Positions 50,963 through 56,302 of a DNA stretch of 56,302 nucleotides are shown piece after piece. Origin of the DNA: Gammaproteobacteria bacterium (GTDB lineage: Bacteria; Pseudomonadota; Gammaproteobacteria; SZUA-229); NCBI GenBank assembly GCA_030595185.1, contig JAUVDT010000003.1, positions 1-56,302 of the forward strand, read 5' to 3'. The notes beneath the pieces were generated by a model. The model was not told where the DNA came from, searched no databases, and saw only the letters and a list, made by a program, of their open reading frames with translations. The position numbers and the translations under genes are program-made. Numbering within the stretch: the first letter of the stretch is position 1; the number at the start of each line of letters is the position of its first letter.

Positions 50963-52102
50963 TTATGCCGCTTGAGTTTGTTTGCTTAGTTGGCCGTTGA
51001 AGGCTTGTTGGGTAAGACTCTCAAAAAGTTCTTTTCCTGAAAAGGCATTTAGTTTATTTTTAAAGTCATCATGTTTTTTACGTATATGAAAATATTTGTT
51101 AATGATTTCATCTTTTGGTACTGGAATTTTAACATTACCAACAATCCCTTTATTAAGATTTGGCATTGTTGCGCCTAATGACTCACCTTCCAAATATTTT
51201 TTGATAGCAGCGCTAGACAATAACGTATACAAATATTCAGAGAAGACTCCGGTAATTTTAGGTCTAATAAAAAGGGAGCCCGTACCGCACATCCAACCAT
51301 TCTCTTTTTCAGTTATCAATGCACACCTCCCCATTTCACCTCTTCGCCCCATAATAATATCCCCTTGAGAAAGATGATATTCACTTAAAGAACTATGCTT
51401 ATCACTTGAAATAGAGAGACTACTTTTAGGAACCACATTACCATTTACAATATGAGTGGGATTGATTAATGGAACTCCACCTTCTATGTAGTCTTCTTTA
51501 TGCAGCTGAGTACCAAATGGACCGATTTGAATGTGAGCAATATCCTTCAAGTTTTTTATTTCAAATCCCTTCGGATTCGTTACCGGATCACCAAACATTT
51601 CCAGAAAAACGGAGCGGAGGAGTTGGTCGGTGAGGTCGATGGCTTGCTGGCGTTTGCGGCGTATGGCATCGGCCTTGTCCAGAATCGCAGCGATGCGTTT
51701 TTGTTCTTTTAGGGGTGGGAGTGGGATTTTTAGCCGTTTTACAAATTTAAAATGGCGACTATAACCAGCATCTTCTGGAAGCCTTGCTTGCTTCAAAAAA
51801 TAATACAAATATTTTTCATCTAAAGAATCTGACAAAGGTTTAAGAACTTTTACCCCATCCGCACCCAAAGCAAAAGCCTGATCAACAAATTTTATTTCTC
51901 GAGTATGATCACCAAAAATAACAACTGGTAATTCAGACTTACATGCTAAATCTTCATCATCTATATATCCGCCAATATATCCTTTTCCCTGATCAATTAC
52001 AGGCAAAACACCTTGCTCTAAATAATCACCAGATTTGATTTTTGCATTACCAGATGTGACATCTTTGACAGCATCAGTAAATAATACTGAACCCCAGCTC
52101 AC
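50963..52102 (-). CDS. hsdS: Type I RM specificity subunit
   Basis: IPLPPLKEQKRIAAILDKADAIRRKR conserved spacer between two TRDs; overlaps the hsdM stop. Confidence 0.93.
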   Translation of the reverse strand: MSWGSVLFTDAVKDVTSGNAKIKSGDYLEQGVLPVIDQGKGYIGGYIDDEDLACKSELPVVIFGDHTREIKFVDQAFALGADGVKVLKPLSDSLDEKYLYYFLKQARLPEDAGYSRHFKFVKRLKIPLPPLKEQKRIAAILDKADAIRRKRQQAIDLTDQLLRSVFLEMFGDPVTNPKGFEIKNLKDIAHIQIGPFGTQLHKEDYIEGGVPLINPTHIVNGNVVPKSSLSISSDKHSSLSEYHLSQGDIIMGRRGEMGRCALITEKENGWMCGTGSLFIRPKITGVFSEYLYTLLSSAAIKKYLEGESLGATMPNLNKGIVGNVKIPVPKDEIINKYFHIRKKHDDFKNKLNAFSGKELFESLTQQAFNGQLSKQTQAA

Positions 52103-53562
52103 AACATCGTCCTCAACTCTTTCAAATCAGATTGTATTTCAGATTCCAACGCTTCAAGTTGATCCAGAATTATTTGAGGCTCATCGTATTTCACTTCCTC
52201 ATATTCAATTTCTTTGTATCGATTAATTGAAAGGTCATATTTGTTAGCCGCTATGTCATTTTTATCCACAACAAACGCTTTAGACTTTTTATCCTCAAAA
52301 CCTTCGCTTTTCTTTTGCCACTGTTTGTATTTTTCGACAATGTCTGGAATGTCGTTAGCCTCTATCGGTGCTCGTTTGTCATCTAAACTAAGACCATCAG
52401 CTTCCATATCATAAAACCAAACCTTATCCGTACCACCTGAGTCAGTACGGGTAAAAATAAGTATCGCAGTTGAAACACCGGCATAAGGTTTGAAAACTCC
52501 GGATGGCATTGAGATAACGGCATCGAGTTTATGTTCTTCTATTAGCGTTTGACGTAATTGCTGATGCGCTTTGCTAGAACCAAACAGCACACCATCTGGC
52601 ACGATGCAGGCACAGCGACCACCTGGTTTGAGTTGTTTTAGAAACAGGCTGATAAATAGCAATTCGGTCTTTTTGGTTTTGCTGACTTGCAGCAGATCTT
52701 TGGCTACGCCGTCTGCATCTAATGAACCTTTGAAAGGCGGGTTAGCCAAGATTAGTGTGTATGCATTTCGTTTGTCGGCATGGTCTTCACTTAATGAGTC
52801 GCGGTATTCGATGCTTGGGTTGTCGATGCCGTGCAAGGTCATGTTCATGGCGCCGATACGCAGCATGGATGAGTCGAAATCTGAGCCATGGAACATATGC
52901 TGATGGAAATGTTCTTTCTGCTCGTTATCTAACAATATGTCTTTGTGAGTTTCTTCCAGGTAGGCCGCTGCGGTCATTAAAAAGCCGCAGGTGCCACAGG
53001 CGGGATCACAGATAATGTCTTTAGGTGTTGGCGCTGTTAGCTCGACCATCATTCTGATGATATGACGCGGGGTACGGAACTGGCCGTTTTGCCCTGCTGT
53101 GGCGATTTTGGAGAGCATGTATTCGTACAGGTCACCCTTGGTGTCACGGTCTTCCATGGGGATGGCGTCGATCATATTGACGACTTTATCCAGTAGTGCC
53201 GGGTTGGGTACGATAAACACCGCGTCTTTCATAAACTTGGTGTAGGAACTGCCCGCGTTGCCGTTCATGTCTTTAATAAACGGGAATACTTTGTCACGGA
53301 AGGTATTGAATTTCTTTTCTGGCTCAAAATCTTTAAAACGTGACCAGCGCAGCTCGTCCTGACCTTTACTGAAAATTGGGTTTTCAATCTTGCCACCCAG
53401 TAGATTAGCTTGCGCTTCTCTGTTGGTGTGAATGTCATCAATTCGCTTAGCGAACAGTAGATAAGTAACTTGCTCGATGACAGATAAGGGGTTAGATATG
53501 CCACCTGTATAGATAGTGAGCCATAACTGGTCGATTTTGCTTTTTAATTCGCCGGTGATCAT
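52099..53562 (-). CDS. hsdM: Type I RM methyltransferase (m6A)
   Basis: GQFRTPRHII, DPACGTCGFL, ILANPPFKG, VPDGVLFG. Confidence 0.95.
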   Translation of the reverse strand: MITGELKSKIDQLWLTIYTGGISNPLSVIEQVTYLLFAKRIDDIHTNREAQANLLGGKIENPIFSKGQDELRWSRFKDFEPEKKFNTFRDKVFPFIKDMNGNAGSSYTKFMKDAVFIVPNPALLDKVVNMIDAIPMEDRDTKGDLYEYMLSKIATAGQNGQFRTPRHIIRMMVELTAPTPKDIICDPACGTCGFLMTAAAYLEETHKDILLDNEQKEHFHQHMFHGSDFDSSMLRIGAMNMTLHGIDNPSIEYRDSLSEDHADKRNAYTLILANPPFKGSLDADGVAKDLLQVSKTKKTELLFISLFLKQLKPGGRCACIVPDGVLFGSSKAHQQLRQTLIEEHKLDAVISMPSGVFKPYAGVSTAILIFTRTDSGGTDKVWFYDMEADGLSLDDKRAPIEANDIPDIVEKYKQWQKKSEGFEDKKSKAFVVDKNDIAANKYDLSINRYKEIEYEEVKYDEPQIILDQLEALESEIQSDLKELRTML

Positions 53563-53782
53563 TAAAGATAAACTACTTAATAAGTATGTAATGAAACATT
53601 CTGCCGAGTAACACCGGTATATGCAACTGATTGAGACTGTAGTTTATATATTAAACAAACAGCTAATAGGAAGGAGGTTAACTTTTGAACAGAGACTGGT
53701 CATACCAAACCTGTAAATCTATCGGCATAAGGTTATTTGCTTCAATTGTCCAATGTAGGTATTGCTGATAGCTCATAAACAT

Positions 53783-53815
53783 TGACCGACAATGCCCTTG
53801 CAACATTGTCGGTCA
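53783..53815. terminator. 12-bp hairpin downstream of the microprotein gene
   Basis: tgaccgacaatg-cccttgcaa-cattgtcggtca. Confidence 0.5.
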
Positions 53816-53866
53816 GGTTAAACGATAACTGATTATAATTTCATCCAGCGATTAACTAATACAGCC

Positions 53867-54013
53867 TTATTCATCATCATCGTTTTGGTTACCGCCTCCG
53901 TATTCAGGATTATTTGGGTTTAACTGGTCAGCATGGTTATCCATAGAGTCCTGATATGCATCATTTTCTGGGTTCATACTGTCGCTTCGGTCATCATTAG
54001 GATCTCTGCTCAT
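53867..54013 (-). CDS. 48-aa acidic Asn/Asp-rich microprotein with an internal duplication (not in the ORF track)
   Basis: MSRDPNDDRSDSMNPENDAYQDSMDNHADQLNPNNPEYGGGNQNDDDE; AAGGTG RBS about 7 nt upstream; hairpin downstream. Confidence 0.7.
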   Translation of the reverse strand: MSRDPNDDRSDSMNPENDAYQDSMDNHADQLNPNNPEYGGGNQNDDDE

Positions 54014-54119
54014 TTTTATACACCTTTACTTAGTTTATAGTTGCTTTAAATAGTACGTCCTCGAACGTGCCTTATTTAATAACATTCATTAGTAAATATC
54101 AGGGACATTTGACTGAAAT

Positions 54120-55262
54120 ATGGTATCTCGAAAAGATAATAATAAAAACAGGCAATCCTTCAGCAACATCATCCCTGAAGAGGACCCTATCAATAGAGGC
54201 TTGTTATTTTACAACTTACCGCATCGCTTGCTCATTCACAGTGGCTTGTATGAATCTCAATCAGACTATGTTGTACAAGCTACCCGTATACTTAAAAACG
54301 ATCCAAATATTGGCGCTGATGATCAATATTTTAGAAAATTTCGAGAGTGTACCCTAACCAGAGAGGATGTAGTAAAAGAAGCCAGATCACTATACCCACC
54401 AGAACTTGCGGATACAGTTATTTCATTTACGGATGATCTTTTGGAAAATAAGACAATTGGTGCCTGGTCATTTTTATCTAGCCCAATAATACGTGAGCTT
54501 CAGATAGTAAGTGATCCTGAAGTACGCAAATACTTAGAATTTATTCTGGCGCTCTGTGATGTCGATGAAAAATTTTTAACTCAACGCTCCCAGAACCCCG
54601 ATTTCGACATTGATGCACTAGCCAGTGAATGGTTTATTCTGGATACTGACTTTAAAACCAACAGAGTCGAGAGCAAAAGTGTTCAGTTTAATCTTGGCTT
54701 ATTATTACACTGGATGGCTTTATTTGAACACTATCTTGATTTAACAGTCGCCTCTAAAAAAGACAAAAGAATAACCTTCAATAAATACCTACCTAAGAGC
54801 ACTCAGACGAATAAATTAACAAATAGCGTCAATGTGTTTTTAGAGAAGATAAAAAATGAGTGGCTTATAGAAAACTCTTTAAAGAATAACTGGGAGGCGT
54901 TTTTCTCAGAAATATCTTCAAAGATTAATGAGCATTCAATTGATGGAAAAGAAGTTGATGCGGAAGCTGTAAAGAAACAGATTAATAGGATTAGAAAAGG
55001 AAAAAATAAACTAACCATCAATATCTTTATAGAAAGACTGGCTATCTTAAATGGACGTATAGAAGTTGACGACACATCTCCCCAATTATTGGTAATACCC
55101 TTTATTCAGGTCATTAGTAGCTTTCAGGATGAATTATTAGACTATGGCCTAGAAGCAGAATGTATTGAAAGAATATTTCAGACTTATCCCGCTTATATTG
55201 CTTTAGTTTCTAAACGATTTAAAGAGTACTGTAAGACAGGACAACTAAAGCCACAGGTATAA
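54120..55262 (+). CDS. Hypothetical protein (380 aa), possible C-terminal HTH-like segment
   Basis: Long open ORF; VDAEAVKKQINRIRKG basic helix; no family recognised. Confidence 0.65.
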   Translation: MVSRKDNNKNRQSFSNIIPEEDPINRGLLFYNLPHRLLIHSGLYESQSDYVVQATRILKNDPNIGADDQYFRKFRECTLTREDVVKEARSLYPPELADTVISFTDDLLENKTIGAWSFLSSPIIRELQIVSDPEVRKYLEFILALCDVDEKFLTQRSQNPDFDIDALASEWFILDTDFKTNRVESKSVQFNLGLLLHWMALFEHYLDLTVASKKDKRITFNKYLPKSTQTNKLTNSVNVFLEKIKNEWLIENSLKNNWEAFFSEISSKINEHSIDGKEVDAEAVKKQINRIRKGKNKLTINIFIERLAILNGRIEVDDTSPQLLVIPFIQVISSFQDELLDYGLEAECIERIFQTYPAYIALVSKRFKEYCKTGQLKPQV

Positions 55263-55446
55263 CAAACTTTACTTAAGTTTATATTAGAAATAACTGACCC
55301 TTATACCGTTTATAAACAGCATCCCTGTTATTCAACTCAGCATAGCTGATGTTAGCCAGTATTTTTTTCATGTAATCCTGACCATGATTTCTAAATACAT
55401 TACTGTTATGATTCAACACACAATTTAATTATCAAAAGGAATTGAT

Positions 55447-56005
55447 ATGACTGACGTTGCTGAAAAAACAAATACACATTCTTCTTTCATACAATCTGTT
55501 AATGGCTCTATTGCCTCAATTGCATTAGAAAAGACGGGGCGCGCAGTCGCAGGTGCTTTAGTAACCCCAGCCACCTGGACTCTTAATTATTCAGTAAACG
55601 GTACAAAACCAGATAAAGCTGATCTAGGAATTTATGCTACTGGTCTGGCAGGAGGAGCTGCTATTCCTGCTTCAATTGCAGTTGGTATATTCAAAGCTGT
55701 GGCGGATGATGACATTGCTATCAAGCTCGGCCTAGTCCGTAAGAAACAAGATGTTAAATATCGCCCCTTTATCCTGCTATCAGTACTCATCAAGCCCACC
55801 AGCAATCAACGCAATGACAATTGCAAGTTTTGGTGGCACAGCATGGCTGGATGTAAATGGCCTTTGGGTTTATATCACCGATGCGACTGGCAAGCTTGTA
55901 TCTGACTTTTAATCTAAAAAGGCTATCAAGTATGACCAGCCAAAATCCCCTTTACAAAAACTTAGTGCTGGAAAATTTCGCTGGCACATGATAACTCAGA
56001 GATAA
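55447..56005 (+). pseudogene. Decayed hypothetical gene (frameshift near 55770 and TAA at 55910-55912)
   Basis: AAGGA RBS; the +1 frame continues CYQYSSSPPAINAMTIASFGGTAWLDVNGLWVYITDATGKLVSDF*SKKAIK...WHMITQR* and ends 5 nt before the next ATG. Confidence 0.55.
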
Positions 56006-56010
56006 CACCG

Positions 56011-56302
56011 ATGAAAAAGCTTTTTATTTTAATGTCATTTTTCTCTTTTTATTCGTGTACAGCACAAACAAATAGCTTTGATGTGGTATGCGGCGCATAT
56101 ACTAAAACAGAAAAACAGTTCGCAAATGATTACGCAGCCGCATTTACAGCTATTAAACAAGACCTCACTAAATCACTAACTGCAAGCGACCCAGCCTACG
56201 TTGCTTGGGAAGCTGTTATTTATGCCGAACCAGACCAACGATATATGCTCTACCAGTCCGCTGCAACCGACACACTTTCTTCATCGTGGAAATGTAAAGC
56301 TA
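56011..56302 (+). CDS. Probable small lipoprotein/exported protein, truncated by the window end
   Basis: MKKLFILMSFFSFYSC signal with lipobox-like Cys; frame open to the end (…AWEAVIYAEPDQRYMLYQSAA…WKCKA). Confidence 0.65.
   Translation, partial: MKKLFILMSFFSFYSCTAQTNSFDVVCGAYTKTEKQFANDYAAAFTAIKQDLTKSLTASDPAYVAWEAVIYAEPDQRYMLYQSAATDTLSSSWKCKA

Larger units (their letters stand above)
43896..56302. mobile_element. Genomic (defence-like) island integrated at tRNA-Phe; continues beyond the window
   Basis: att-like tRNA fragment plus IHF site at the left end; RM, TA, RhuM and orphan cargo; no integrase or intact tRNA inside the window. Confidence 0.65.

Noticed and set aside
43055-55837. Shared TIASFG peptide (acaatYgcaagttttggtg) in the two decayed island genes
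   Set aside because: The match covers only about 6 codons with no flanking similarity; probably chance

Overview
AT-rich gammaproteobacterial chromosome segment in three parts. (1) 1-26 kb is a nitrate-assimilation neighbourhood. A minus-strand operon with a sigma54 promoter and NtrC-like boxes reads nirB - nirD - [second, divergent cytoplasmic Mo-bisPGD catalytic subunit] - [DmsB-like 4x(4Fe-4S) domain fused to a DmsC/NrfD-type membrane anchor] - [DsrC/TusE-fold protein lacking the catalytic C-terminal Cys] - small membrane protein - nasA. It is followed by an MCP, c-di-GMP enzymes, a NarK-type transporter with its own sigma54/NtrC-like promoter, chrA and a PP2C-Ser/Thr kinase fusion. (2) 26-41 kb is core genome: rhombosortase divergent from gspGHIJKLMN, ykgJ-like, yrfG, nudE, cysQ, a hybrid histidine kinase and a PAS-GGDEF-EAL protein. 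(3) 41.1 kb to the end is the left part of an island array marked by three minus-strand tRNA-Phe 3' fragments. It holds an integrase-less 2.7 kb unit between 83-bp direct repeats (Fic, an amber-interrupted ORF, a structured tRNA-linked repeat), then a defence-like island (2TM/GAF-like protein, type I RM with an amber-broken hsdR, RelE/Phd TA, RhuM), an unannotated 48-aa repeat microprotein, and a decayed gene followed by a lipoprotein. The best candidate for an undescribed system is the three-gene membrane-anchored molybdoenzyme/Cys-less DsrC module (3138-7771) inside the nas/nir operon. All calls come from reading motifs by eye; no searches were run.
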